Of a stretch of DNA of 64,000 nt, positions 26,518 through 40,293 are shown piece by piece (the first letter of the stretch is position 1; every line of letters starts with the position of its first letter). The notes under the pieces are model-generated. The model was given only the letters and a program-made list of their open reading frames with translations, ran no database searches and was not told where the DNA came from. The position numbers and the translations under genes are program-made. Source of the stretch: the human T2T-CHM13v2.0 reference genome, Homo sapiens; the NCBI RefSeq assembly GCF_009914755.1, contig NC_060934.1, one strand, 5' to 3'.

Positions 26518-29500
26518 GTAAGAGAACCCCGTTTCCTCCCGTTGCTTTTCCGTCATTTATTTTAGCAACTTGTTTCTTCTGTGCTAAGGATGAGCCGGAT
26601 TTATTCTTCTTTTCTCCCCTTTGTTAGCTTGGCTTTATGTCACACTGGCCAGAACAGGGTAAAATTTTTTTAGCTTCTCTGCCTTAGGGAGAGCCTGTCT
26701 TTATTGATTAAAAGTGAGATGATATATCCAGTCCTTGGGATCGTGTTTCTATCCCACCTAGACTAGGGGAGCCGCAGGTACCATTGCTCTGGAGGCTGCC
26801 TCTCCTGCCCACGCTGAGTAGTGAGGCTGCAGGGCCAGCTGTGGGAGCCTGCAGGAAGGGGTGTAAATGCCCGGTAAGTACGAGCTCCAGGACAGAGCCG
26901 TACCCACTGGGGGCCGCTGCCTGGAAAACAGCCTTCCTGGTGAGACAAGAGGCTCTTTAGAGAGCCGAAATCACACCCTCCTGGGCAGGCGGTTTCACCA
27001 ACATGTGCCTTGGGAGGGGTGGATTCTGCCAGTCGTGGGTGTGGTGCTGACACCCGCATGGTGGCCCCTCCGGTCCCTGATACTCTGACCTACCTCTATG
27101 GTCATAAGCTGGACATGAAGACCTATGGTAGTTCCACAGGCCTTTGCTGCAGAGACGGTCCTCACTCAGCTGCAGACAGGACGGTGGCCACCGTGACATG
27201 TGGGGTCACGTCCGTGACTTGGCCACCTGGTGCGAGGGACCCACAGCAAAGCAGAACTGCTGGCCGGGGTAGGCCTGCATCGCGTGCGGGGACAGCAGCC
27301 ACTGGCCTTTACCTTACATCTTGACGTCCAAGCCAGCTCCGGAGTTTGCAGTGAAAACTCCCAGCCCTGCTGGAGACTCCTTAGTTCAGCTTAGCACAGA
27401 ACCTCGGAAGACAGCAGTTCTATTCCGGGTACTTCCTTCAGAGCTGAGTTACAGTGCAGGGAAGGGAGCAGAGGAGCCATGAGGTCGGCTGCAGCTTCCT
27501 GTGCGTCCGAGCCTCAGCCTCCCACTCGAGCTGAGGGGCGTGTCCTGGCCATCTCTCTCCTGGGCTTCTCCCTGTGTTCCCCAGTGCTGTGGTGGTCTTG
27601 CAGAGGCTGGCCCTGGCTCATTCCCAGGACTTCCTTGGGCCCCGCACTTGACCCCTGTTGGGTGAATGCCATTAGGGTCCGGCCATCGCTGGCTTCACTC
27701 TCCTTTAGCACCTTGTAGATGTCCATGCACACTTCCACCCTCGCGCCCCACACGCGACGCAGCCCTACCCTGGCCAGCAGCTGTGCTTTGCTGCGGGTTC
27801 CTTGCTGTAGCAGGGACAGGACCCCCACCCCCTGTCCCGTCTGGCCACCGACTTCAGCAGAGGCTCGGCTGCCGTGAGGGATACCAGTCATGGGAAAACT
27901 GGCCTCCCTGCAGATTCACAGAGCAAGGTGGTTCTCACAGAGAAGTCAGTGGCTTTTTTCTACGTTAATGCTGTAGCAAACGCCACCTTTTCTTTCACCA
28001 CCAATTTATATTTCTTAACACCCATGGAGCAAAGTGTGGTGATGTTTGAACTGTAGCCTGGGGCTCTCGCTCCCATGGGACTCCTCGGGGAATTTCCCAG
28101 CAGCAGGATCGCCTCTGTGTCCTTGCAGGGGGTGGCGTCTGCTGGGGGCACATCCCATCGTGCAGGGGGAACGGCTGAGGTCACAGGCTTTGCCTGACAA
28201 GTGCCACTCACAGCTGCTGTCCACGTGCCAGCCCTGGGACACAGCCCTCTGCCATCCTTCCACCCACTCGGAGGCCAGGGAGGCACCTCCGTGCCACACT
28301 GCAGGCAGGCAGGGCCGCGCTTGGGATCTGCCGCCTTCTTGTCAGTGCTGCTTTGACTAATTGCCTGAGGCACGGCCGGAGTGACTTGCTATTTTTAGAA
28401 GCTAATTCAGGCTTCAGATGCCATCTAGGTAATGAGGAGAGAGTTCAGGAAAGCTGTATCTAAGCTCCAGCAAAGGCGGCCTCTTCCGTACCAGCTGTCG
28501 CTGCGTTTACACTGAGACGAGCACACAGTCGGGGGCGTGGCTCAGGTGTCAGGGCTGCGCTGTTCCACAGCCCCCTGGGGCAGCCTGGCGGGACCAGAAC
28601 TCAGACACGCCTGGGCACAAATCAGCCTCTTGGGAGAGCTGCTTTGCCCGCAGAATTCTTTTGCCATTAAGCGGTTGATGTCATTCTTTGAATGAGTGAC
28701 AGTAATTCCCCACCTCAGGGTGGGCTGCGGGGGAGATTCAGTTGGAAAAGTAACCCATGAGGTTTTGTGCCTCTGGGGGTCCTGAGGCCCCACCCGTGCC
28801 TGGGATTCTCTAAGACAAAGGACAAGTCTTAAAGCCTTACAGCATCTTAAGTCTTAGATCACATTTAGAGAGACCCGGTACAGGTGGAACAGTGCAACCC
28901 TCAGAATTCTGCACTGGCCCTTCAAGAAGGCAGTTGTGGGCTCTTTGGACCCTTGACGGGGATCTGTCCTCTGTCCTCCTAAGCACAAAGATGGGAATTC
29001 TTCCCATTGCCTGTTTCTCTCCCCATCTCGGCTTCTACACAATGCAAAGTGGCCCGCTAACTAGAGTCCGTGTTCAGTTTTGAATACATCAACCAATTAT
29101 TTTGGGAAGAAAAGAATCTGCCAAAGAAACTGGAAATACAGTTTGGAATCATTTAATCAAGCCTGCATTTATTAATCAAAGTGCACTTTTAGATTTCATC
29201 CGAAGTGCTCAAGTGAACATTTCCCAATGGGTGTTAAACTTGGGTGCACAGACTCTCACGTGGCTCCTAGTCTCAAGTCCACACCCCACTTCATGCTCTT
29301 ACTCTTGGCTGAGTCCCATGGAGGCCCGTTAGGGAATCCTGCAGGATCAGCCGTTGACCAGGACGGACGGACGGCTGGCTGGGGAATACCATGCTTATGT
29401 CATTCAGAGACAAGCATTTCTTGAGCGCCTGCTGTGGGGGCTCGGCCGGGTGCTGCTGATGGTGCACTGGTGTAAGCCCAGCCCACAGTTCCTGTCCTCA

Positions 29501-31081
29501 TGGAATTTGCAGCCTAGTGAGGAAGATCCTCCCAAGTCAAATAACCACAAGGTAACTGCAGGGAGAGACACCGGGATAATTTCTGTGAAGAGAGGACATG
29601 GGGTGGCTCCGAGAGCCCCTGACAGAGGGAACTTTGTGGTCCTAGAAACCAGGTGGTGTTTTCCTGAGGAAATGACATTTTCCTCTGGATCAGAGCTGAG
29701 GAAGGTGCCTCTGTGTGTCCCGTGGCCGCTGTGACACTGACCACACACCTGGGGCTGGAAAATAATACTCACTCTCCCACAGCTCTGGAGCGCAGGAGCC
29801 ATGGGCTGAGGCCAGAATGTTTGCTCCAGGAGCGTCCCTCGTGGTCCGTTCAGGTGCCCAGAGTTGCGGGCCTTGCACGCCTTGTACGCCTTGTTCCCTG
29901 GCGCCTCCTCCCCTGGCGCCTCCTCCTTCCATGTGGGTGTGCAGCATCCCGCTCCAGGGCCTTCAGCCTCTGCGCCCCTCATCTGCTGATGCAGGTGATG
30001 GCATTTAGGGCCCACCTGGGTACTCCTAGGATTCACCTTTATCACCGCATGAGGGAGCATTCCCAGGTTCTAGGGATTAGGGATAGGACTGGGATTCCTT
30101 TGGGGACTGCTCTCCCGCCCACCACTGTGCCAGAATGTGATGCACACAGCGGCCAGCATATCCAAAGGCCCCAGGAGGACCTGGGGTGGCTGGAACAGGA
30201 CCTGGTGCCGGGAGCAGGCGGGGCCGGGGATTCCCGACAAAGGCTTGATGTGTACTTGAAGTGAGCAAAGGGTTTTGAATAAACCAAGAACTGGATCAGA
30301 TTTATGTTTTTTATAGATGGGGTCCTTTCTGTGTGAACGGATTGGAGGGTCCCGGGGTGGGAGCTGAGGCCCAGGAAGAGGGCGTTGCAGCCGGACTGAT
30401 GTATGGGTGGGAAGGCGGCCGATGCATTTCTTTGCCATTTTTCTCCCCGCCGAGCTTGGGTCCTCATGGAGGGCGGATGGCAGACATTTCACTCTGGGAC
30501 CCGATGCCTGTGCATCTGGAAGACTTCCCCAGGTGCCTGGGTCTAAGAACCACCATCTGCCTTTGAGTAGAGTTTCCATAAATGTAACATTCGCCAATGG
30601 ATGGAAGATGGCCGCACCTCTAAAATCACAGGGAGCTTTTCAGAAGAAAATAGAATAGCACAGCGGTTCTCACGGACTAAGCTGGCAGGGGACAGTCCCC
30701 TAACATCTCAGCTAACACCTAACGGTGTCTGTGTCCGGTGAAAGCGGCTTCAGCAGGGACAGTCACAGAGCAGCGTGGAGTGAGCTGGCTTGTGGGGTCG
30801 TCTTTTCCGTCCCCTTCTATGGGGCCTGGGAGAAGGGAGCGGCAGATGGCCAGGCCCCCAAAACGGGACATCGAGGTCACCTCCAGGTGGCTGCCATGGT
30901 GGGGTTGCGGGGGACCACGTTCACACCCACTCCGAGGGCACATCCCGGCTGCTGCACACCCTTCACCTCTGCGGGATGCTGGGACCGCATGTTTGGGCGC
31001 GGTGGGGGGGCCTTGCTGCACTCACTCTTGGGGGAGCTCTGGGATGGTGGGCGCGCCCCGGGCCTGGGCTGGAGTGACTGA

Positions 31082-31396
<315 letters not shown>

Positions 31397-31810
31397 TGAT
31401 ACACTTCGCATCGCCCAGGTGCCCCTACTGCGTGTCAGGTGACGGCGGGTGTGCCTGGTTGAGGACACCTTCTAGTCTCATGTGTGAAACACAAGCTTGT
31501 TTGACGTAGTCTGTTGTGTAGTTAATGTTGTCTCACTTATGTCATCAATGATTCGAGAACCTCCGCTGACAGTCACCACCCACGTCTGCGACAGGCTCTG
31601 AAGGTTGCTGCAGCTTCTTTTAAATCCTGAGGCCCCTGATGCTGCGTCTGCCTCTAAACGGACACAGACATGACCGTGGTTTCTCGGCATCTGTGGCTCT
31701 TTTAGGGAAGGGTGTCGCTGACCCCGCGGTCTGCCCCTGCTTGGACGACACAGCAGAATCCAGGCCTGGACCCTGCAACGTTCAAAGTTGCTAAACTTCA
31801 TGCAAGATGA

Positions 31811-32131
<321 letters not shown>

Positions 32132-32258
32132 CACCATTGTCTTTTAAAAAGTTTGGCTCAGAAACAAGTAACATCCTAACAGATCAAGTAAAAAGGGCCT
32201 TGGCACTAATTATGTGACATGTGAATCACGAATTTCTTTACCATGTCAAATATTTGTG

Positions 32259-32650
32259 GAGTCATTCACTGCATCATGATGTTTCTGTCAACAGTGGGTC
32301 CCATAAGATTATAATGGAGCTGCCCCAAACAGGTGCAGTTTATCTTTTATAAAAACATATCTTTTTACATATATTTTTATAATATATATTTTATAAAAAG
32401 ATGTTTTTTATCAAAAAATATGTATCTCTTACTGTGCTTTTCTACGTCTAGACATGTTTAGATACACAATTGCCTGCAGTATTCAACAGTCCCAGACATT
32501 CAGGTTTGTAGCCAGGAACAACAGGTGTGCAGCAGGCTCTGCCTCCTGGGTTTGTGTGAGTTCACTGTAGGATGTTTGCGCAAGGCTTAAGTCACCTAGC
32601 AATGCATTTCTCAAGGAACATATCCCCCTGTTACATGACTCATGACCGTA
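32259..32650. mobile_element. Tigger3/MER7-like DNA transposon relic
   Basis: GGTCCCATAAGATTATAAT and GCATTTCTCA...CATGAC termini resemble Tigger3. Confidence 0.65.
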
Positions 32651-32727
32651 TTTCAGAAATCTGTCCAAAGATCCTGCCTCACCAGCGCTCAGCATGGCAA
32701 GGGCTTAAGAGAAATTATGACAGATTT

Positions 32728-33065
<338 letters not shown>

Positions 33066-33653
33066 TGACAGATTTGATTAGATGTAAAAACCTCCATTTT
33101 CTTAGGATGAATCATTAGAGAATTACCTCCCTCTTGTAATCCTCCTAACATGATCTGAAATGGGGATGTTCTTACTCTAAGACCATCTTTTCCTTAAGAA
33201 ATCTGTGTATGAATGTGAGTCTACAAAATTCTTTGGTCAGACACTGCTCATCAGGCCGTCACATGAGATTCCATAGAAAGGCCACAGGTCACTCTTTCCT
33301 CTGAGAGCACCGAGAACATCGTCATGCAAATAAACAAGGAGCAATAGAGCCATGAATGATCACTAGGCAAAGCACGGAATTACCATTTTCAGAGGGACCC
33401 TGTTGACTCTGGAAGGTGTTGCTAGTGGCCGCCGTGAGGGCTGCTCACCGTGCCCTGTCCTCAGCGTTCATCGCTGCAGACGTGTCCTCCCTATCTGGGA
33501 GGAGGCTCCCCAAGACCCAAGCCGCGAGAGCTGCAGCCTCCTTGGCCACGCTCACTGCCACACTTGGTTGGCACTTCCCAGCCTGCAGTGCCTGGCACAC
33601 AGTAGGTACTTAGTAGAAGTTTATTGTCTGATTAACAAAATACTCTCTTCCAG

Positions 33654-33715
33654 TCCAACGTGGAGCACCTGACGGAGAAAATGAAGACCACCATCCAGAG
33701 AGGCCTTGTGCTCAG
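33654..33715 (+). CDS. PFKP: PFKP exon 18 (62 nt)
   Basis: SNVEHLTEKMKTTIQRGLVLR. Confidence 0.95.
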
Positions 33716-33989
33716 GTGAGAGAGAGAGACCAGGGGCTGATCTTACCCTCACCGCCACACCCTGGTTCTTAGATTCTAGTCTGTGACTTGGGCTGGATGA
33801 GTGGTCATTTCTTTGCCGCTAGAGTGCACTACACACACTGAGCAGGTGCAGAAGACAGCTGTGGTGCATTGCTCTAAAGGCTTGCCTGCATTTAGACAAC
33901 TAATATTTTTGCTTTATAGTCTCTTATTCTTTGATATCTTGCAATCATTTCCCTAATTAGCACCTGATGTTTATGAAGAAAGAAGGAAA

Positions 33990-34351
33990 TACAGTCATCC
34001 CTCTTAGCCTCAGGGACTGTGTCCCAAGACTGCAGTGGGTGTCTGAACCTGGGGATAGTACCCGCCCCCTGTATACACGAGGTTGCTTCCATCTGATAAC
34101 CAAGGCGGCTACTGAGTGACTCGGGCAGGAGGCACAGACAGCATGGAGACGCAGGGCACAGGGATGATTCACGTTCTGGGTGGGACAGAGCAAGAGAGCA
34201 CGAGATTTCATCACGCTACTCAGAATGGTGTGCAATTTAAAACTTACATATTTATTTCTGGAATTTTCCATTTAATATTTGTGGGCCTCAGTTGACCACT
34301 GGACCATGGGTAACAAACTGCAGAAAGCAAAACCGTGAACTGGAGGGACTG
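33990..34351 (-). mobile_element. MER44 (Tigger7) relic
   Basis: TTCTGGAATTTTCCATTTAATATTT core resembles MER44. Confidence 0.7.
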
Positions 34352-34458
34352 GTGTTGATGTAGAATCACCATAGGGTTGGGGGATGCGGGAGTCCAGCCT
34401 CCCAGGGCCATCTCCCCAAGCAGGGAGCCACGTGCCCACTGCACGCTAAACAAAGTGA

Positions 34459-35022
<564 letters not shown>

Positions 35023-35384
35023 TAAGTGATGCCAAACATCACCAGCTTTAGGATTCTTTTGTTGGTGAGGTTTGAGTAATGGGGATTTTAAGGGAACTGT
35101 CAGCTTTCATGAAAACAGTGATACCCCCATTACTTGGAAATGCTTATTCAAATTAAACACTTCATCAAGTTAAAAACTGGAGCTTCCCTAAGATTTAAAA
35201 TGGATTATCAGACATGTAGTATACTTGACACCCCAAGTCAGAATGACCTGGAATGAGCTGCACACAGGCACACACGTGTTATGAGCTGAGCCTGGGACAC
35301 AGGGTCCAGGCCTCCTAACTTGCACATACTCCTTCCTCACCACCTCCTATTCTTATACTTTTAAGCCAGAGCCCATGAATCCCC

Positions 35385-35570
35385 TGCAATGATGATGAAA
35401 TAGTAGGCATATGTGTGATCTTCTTAAAGAATCCACAACGGTTATCAGATTAAAGCTGTGACCCATCCCCAGCTCAGATGAGTTCATGAAATCCTGATTT
35501 AAGATTTTAAAATAATGAAGATTGTTAGTTGACTTGTTCAGTTTATTAAAATCCTCATCTTACTGAGCGG
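35385..35570 (+). ncRNA. Candidate intronic C/D-box snoRNA in PFKP intron 19 (possibly SNORD142; boundaries uncertain)
   Basis: ATGATGA C-box 35389-35395, CTGA 35494-35497, ATGAAGA 35515-35521, CTGA 35563-35566; unverified recollection that SNORD142 lies in a PFKP intron. Confidence 0.35.
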
Positions 35571-35758
35571 GGGGAACACTTGATACTTTTTCTTAACAGG
35601 CCAAGTTCAGGCTACGGGAATCACAGGTTTTGTTCTGTTCCAACTATAAGGACCTAGAAATAAAAACATGAATTCTGCAAAATAGAAATTGTCATTTCTA
35701 TTTAACAGCAAAGTGTTACTGTATAACTGGTATTTCATATAACTCTAACCACCAACAG

Positions 35759-35858
35759 GGTGGGGCACCCTCTCCATTTGATAGAAACTTTGGAACCAAA
35801 ATCTCTGCCAGAGCTATGGAGTGGATCACTGCAAAACTCAAGGAGGCCCGGGGCAGAG
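35759..35858 (+). CDS. PFKP: PFKP exon 20 (100 nt)
   Basis: GGAPSPFDRNFGTKISARAMEWITAKLKEARGR. Confidence 0.96.
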
Positions 35859-37012
35859 GTAAGGGGTCTGGGGAGGGAGGCCACAGCCTCGTGATGCAGG
35901 CCGTCCTGCCTTGGTGAAAATGCTGTCCTATCGGGGAGAAGTAGGGTGCTGGTTCCTTCTTCAGTTCAGTACTGAGCTGCACGTGATGTTTTACTCCTGA
36001 TCTCTGAGTGTTGCTATTTAACCAACCTTGGATTCCTGGGATAAGATCAGCTTGGGTATGACATGTTCTCTTTTATCACTGCTAGATGCAGTCTGCAGTT
36101 CTTTTGTGCAGGCTTTTTGCTCTAGAGATCCTGAACGTTGGCCAGCAATTTCCCCTCACAGTTTAAGTGGGGCCTTCTATTTTTTGAATGTTTGCTAGGA
36201 CAACCTCCTTGTGACTATCCATCAAAACTTCCAGTTTTGAGGAAGATCTGACTGCTGAATGAATTGTTCATGTTTGTAGAACTGCATGTTCGTAGAACTG
36301 TGCATGTTCTTCCTTAAATCAGTTTTGTAAGTTACATATTCTAAGAAATCTTTAAACTGAAGTTTCAAGAAACATGACTTTTTTATAATACTCTTGTTAA
36401 TGGTTCCAACATGGCTGTTCCCCACTCATTCCTGAGTGGCTCTTTGTGCCAGCATCTTTCTCACCCCCACCCCCCTCAGCTTTCTTAATCAGTCATAGCA
36501 GATGTGTGCTTTTATTCCGGCAAACCACTATCACTGCCAGTGTCCAACTTAGAAAAATGACAGTCTATAAAGACCAGTGATGTGAATAGTTTCAATGGGT
36601 TTGTCTTTTTGAAGAACTGACTTTGGCTTTGATTCTTTCTACAGCGATTTTCTTTTGCTAATTTAGCTATGGATGCTTTTTGCCTCTGTGTGTGTATGTG
36701 TGAGCATAAATTAGTGTCCTGCTGTAATTTAAGCTAATTTCCCTATTCCACTATTTAGTGAAAAATTCTCTCCACTGGGAGGAAAAAACAAAAGCTGCTT
36801 TCCAGGAAGCCCTCAGGGCAGTCCCACAGGAGCAGAGCTGCACGAGGCCAGGTGCTGGCCCCACTGCGCGGCTGTTCTCAGTCTCACTGGGCTTCCAGGC
36901 CGGGTTCAGCATGGTTCTGAGGAATCTCAGTTCTCATCTCGCCCCGTGATTCTGCTCCCCCACCTGCCCATGTTGACAGGGTGTTATTAATCTTTTTTAA
37001 AATCTTTTATAG

Positions 37013-37115
37013 GAAAAAAATTTACCACCGATGATTCCATTTGTGTGCTGGGAATAAGCAAAAGAAACGTTATTTTTCAACCTGTGGCAGAGCTGAAGAA
37101 GCAAACGGATTTTGA
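37013..37115 (+). CDS. PFKP: PFKP exon 21 (103 nt)
   Basis: [34 protein letters not shown]. Confidence 0.96.
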
Positions 37116-37260
37116 GTAAGTTGGCTGGGTTCCCTGAGGCAATAAGACCCCAATGTGAGTACGGGACAGGGGAATGGCCATTGCTGTTGCTGTCGGCAAC
37201 TCATTCAGGGGTTTGAGGAACTGGCTTTTCTGAAGCTCAGTTAAAAAAATACTAGGTCTT

Positions 37261-37538
37261 GGCTGGGCGCGGTGGCTCATGCCTATAATCCCAGCACTTT
37301 GGGAGGCCGAGACAGGTGGATCACAAGGTCAAGAGATCGAGACCAACCTGGCTCATATGGTGAAACCCCATCTCTACTAAAAATACAAAAATGAGCCAGG
37401 CATGGTGATGCACACCTGTAGTCCCAGCTACTCAGGAGGCTGAGGCAGGAGAAATCGCTTGAACCCGTGAGGCAGAGGTTGCAGTGAGCTGAGATTGCAC
37501 CACTGTACTCAAGCCTGGCGACAGAGAGAGACTCCACC
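37261..37538 (+). mobile_element. Alu (Sc-like), tail-less
   Basis: Alu consensus similarity. Confidence 0.88.
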
Positions 37539-37726
37539 ACTGGGTCTTCGGGAATAATTTTAAACAATGGTTTCATTTGATCCTGAAATTGGCTTTATCA
37601 TCTAGTTGATTCAGCCGACCCTACAAACCCTGTGTTTCTGGCAAGACCGCTCGCTGTGCTGGCCAGGCGGAGGCATCTCCCGCCAGTGACTGCAGGCCTC
37701 ACTGCTGTCTCCTCTTACCTCCACAG

Positions 37727-37856
37727 GCACAGGATTCCCAAAGAACAGTGGTGGCTCAAGCTACGGCCCCTCATGAAAATCCTGGCCAAGTACAAGGCCA
37801 GCTATGACGTGTCGGACTCAGGCCAGCTGGAACATGTGCAGCCCTGGAGTGTCTGA
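37727..37856 (+). CDS. PFKP: PFKP exon 22 coding part, with TGA stop
   Basis: [42 protein letters not shown]. Confidence 0.97.
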
Positions 37857-38054
37857 CCCAGTCCCGCCTGCATGTGCCTGCAGCCACCGTGGACTGTCTC
37901 TTTTTGTAACACTTAAGTTATTTTATCAGCACTTTATGCACGTATTATTGACATTAATACCTAATCGGCGAGTGCCCATCTGCCCCACCAGCCCCAGTGC
38001 GTGCTGTCTGTGGAGTGTGTCTCATGCTTTCAGATGTGCATATGAGCAGAATTA

Positions 38055-38060
38055 ATTAAA
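38055..38060 (+). terminator. PFKP: PFKP proximal polyadenylation signal ATTAAA
   Basis: ATTAAA about 200 nt after the stop, followed by a T/GT-rich tract near 38088-38101. Confidence 0.75.
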
Positions 38061-38926
38061 CATTTGCCTACAACTCCAACAGTCCTCTGTTTTAGTTTTT
38101 TAAGTAGGAGATTAGTACCTCAATCTATGGGTGGCTACTAAAGGTTTTCTCAGTTTTGTGGGCAAACTATGCACACGTCATACAAGGAGAACAAAGCCAG
38201 GAGTTCACACAGGCCAAGGGGAAGGCCACGTTTACTCACCGTTCCATATCTGCCATGTGTCAGTTTCCATCCACAGCAGCAGGCCGGGACCCTGGGCCTC
38301 GACCCCAGGCTCCTGCTCTCCTTTGAAAGTAAAACATGAATCTTAGTTACTTGTCCTCTTGATTGCAATCCTAGCTGCATGTTAAAACCACCAAGGGGTG
38401 GGTGGGGCGGCGGTGGGTTCAAAAATCTGATAGCCAGCTTCTCCTCCAGGCCAAGCCACAGTCCTCTCTGGGACCTAGGTTGGAACTCTCCGGAAGACTC
38501 CTGCCAGAGTAGACACGGCTGCTGGGATGACAGCCCTGCTGCCCTGGTGGGCCCCCCTCCTGTAGGGACAGCGTTTCTGCCTCTTAGCTCTAGTCTGCAA
38601 GAGAGAACAGCTGCGCCTCAGAAATGGGGGCAGAGAGCTGGGTGGAGGGAGAGGAGAGGCCAAAAACAAACTCTGTTTGGGAAATCAGAGTCCGACAGCC
38701 AAGAAAGAGCTAGCGCGGAGGCTTTCCTTTCTGGCTCTGTAACGATGAAGCAAGTGCTTGCTCACCCCAACCCACTTGCTTCTCAGGACGGTTTCCATGC
38801 AGCCGCCGCGGTGAACTCCCGTCTGGTGGACACTCCCCCAGGGCCTCGGTGTGATGGAGTTTCCTGAATCAGCGCAGGCAGACGTGGGACACCCTTGTGC
38901 ACCTTTTCATTTTACTTCTGTTTTTA

Positions 38927-38932
38927 AATAAA
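38927..38932 (+). terminator. PFKP: Candidate distal PFKP polyadenylation signal AATAAA
   Basis: AATAAA preceded by a T-rich tract, adjacent to the PITRM1 3' end. Confidence 0.5.
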
Positions 38933-38988
38933 GGCCCTAAATGCTGCTTAAAATAATGACTCAAGCAGAGGTTAAGTCAGAGTTGCCC

Positions 38989-38994
38989 TTTATT
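38989..38994 (-). terminator. PITRM1: PITRM1 polyadenylation signal AATAAA
   Basis: TTTATT on the + strand, about 280 nt past the PITRM1 stop. Confidence 0.8.
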
Positions 38995-39274
38995 TTTAGA
39001 TTCTTAAATATTCTAGAATGAGGTAAAACGAGCCTGCCAGTACAAAGTGAAAATTCTACATGGTGCATCTTTGGCGCTTCATGCATGATTATTTCAATGA
39101 ACCTCTTCCTGGTCACTCTTAAGATAGATCTGAGTTTTTGACTCGCCAGTCAAGGGCTTTGGCGACACTCAATGACATAATATTCTTGGAAAAAGCAGTA
39201 GCATTTCTGACTTTTCATATTCAGCTCGGAGGTGTATTGTCTCGGGCTCCTGTGCAGTCGAGCGCCACGGCTGC

Positions 39275-39368
39275 TCATCGGATGATCCAGGATGGGTCCT
39301 TGGCAATTTTCGGGTTCTCGGGTCCGAGGATGGCCAGGCCGTGTGTGCTCTTCCCAGTGCCGAGGTAC
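39275..39368 (-). CDS. PITRM1: PITRM1 last exon (27) coding part
   Basis: YLGTGKSTHGLAILGPENPKIAKDPSWIIR*. Confidence 0.96.
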
Positions 39369-39478
39369 CTGAGAGGAAGGCAGGCGTGGTCAGCGAGGAC
39401 TGGCTTCTGCGTGAGCGCTGTTAGAGTCAGCACGAGGGCTTCCAGTCCCAGACGCTGTCTCCCCCGCTCCCCACTCAC

Positions 39479-39581
39479 CTATCGCTCACGGCCAGGAGCT
39501 TGTCGTGGCTGACAGCAAAGAGCTGCTCTCTGTGGGCCTGCTTCATCTCATCCGAGAGGCCGTACAAGAAGTGGTCCATTC
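39479..39581 (-). CDS. PITRM1: PITRM1 exon 26
   Basis: GMDHFLYGLSDEMKQAHREQLFAVSHDKLLAVSDR. Confidence 0.95.
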
Positions 39582-40147
39582 CTAGAAGACAATCCACAGG
39601 CACGATGGAGCCGCTGCCCGGGAGCTCGCGTTGTGGGCTGTGCACTCATGTCCCGGAGGGGACACAGGCATCTCACTGTCATTTCACGTGCATGTTTCAA
39701 CCACAGGGATGTGTCTAACAACCCAGAGATCACACCCCGAACTCCAGCTCCCACGTGCCACGCTGACCCCTACCCACGCCTGCTTCTGCAGCAGGGATGC
39801 AGTCAGCGCCGCGTGAGGCTGATGATGCTGTGAGCAAAAGCGGCTCCAGAGAGTAACGTGGCCATGCCCGGGCCGTGCCCACGTCCTCCTTCCACCCTAA
39901 AGAGCCCGGACACTGCCATGGGTTGGCCCCACTGGGTCTCAGGTCAGTAAAACAAATGACAGGATGCACTCTTCTCGCCCGGATGTCAGGAAGCGTGTTT
40001 AGGGTGTCAGACGTGGAAATCGTATCACAAGCAAGGATGGAGGCACCAGAAGCTGGTGCTCCTGCCCATGCATGCCGGGAACTTGGAAAACAGCAACGTC
40101 ATCTGTGAGGCTGTGGGTTGAGATTCTCACTGTTATACTCAAAATAC

Positions 40148-40293
40148 CTTTGTCTGAAGGAGCGACAGGAGCATCTATGGTTGAGAAGACAGAAAGTTTG
40201 GCTTCGTCGATGTCTTGCTGTGTGAATTTTCCAGACTTAGCCCAGTCGACAGCCTTCCCAAAAGACTGGAGCGTCTCTATTGTATTTGGGTCC
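40148..40293 (-). CDS. PITRM1: PITRM1 exon 25
   Basis: DPNTIETLQSFGKAVDWAKSGKFTQQDIDEAKLSVFSTIDAPVAPSDK. Confidence 0.96.

Noticed and set aside
26347-26565. Exon 16b as a processed pseudogene fragment of PFKM/PFKL
   Set aside because: Similarity starts and stops exactly at exon-16 splice boundaries, with no neighbouring exon sequence, polyA or TSD, which fits tandem exon duplication.
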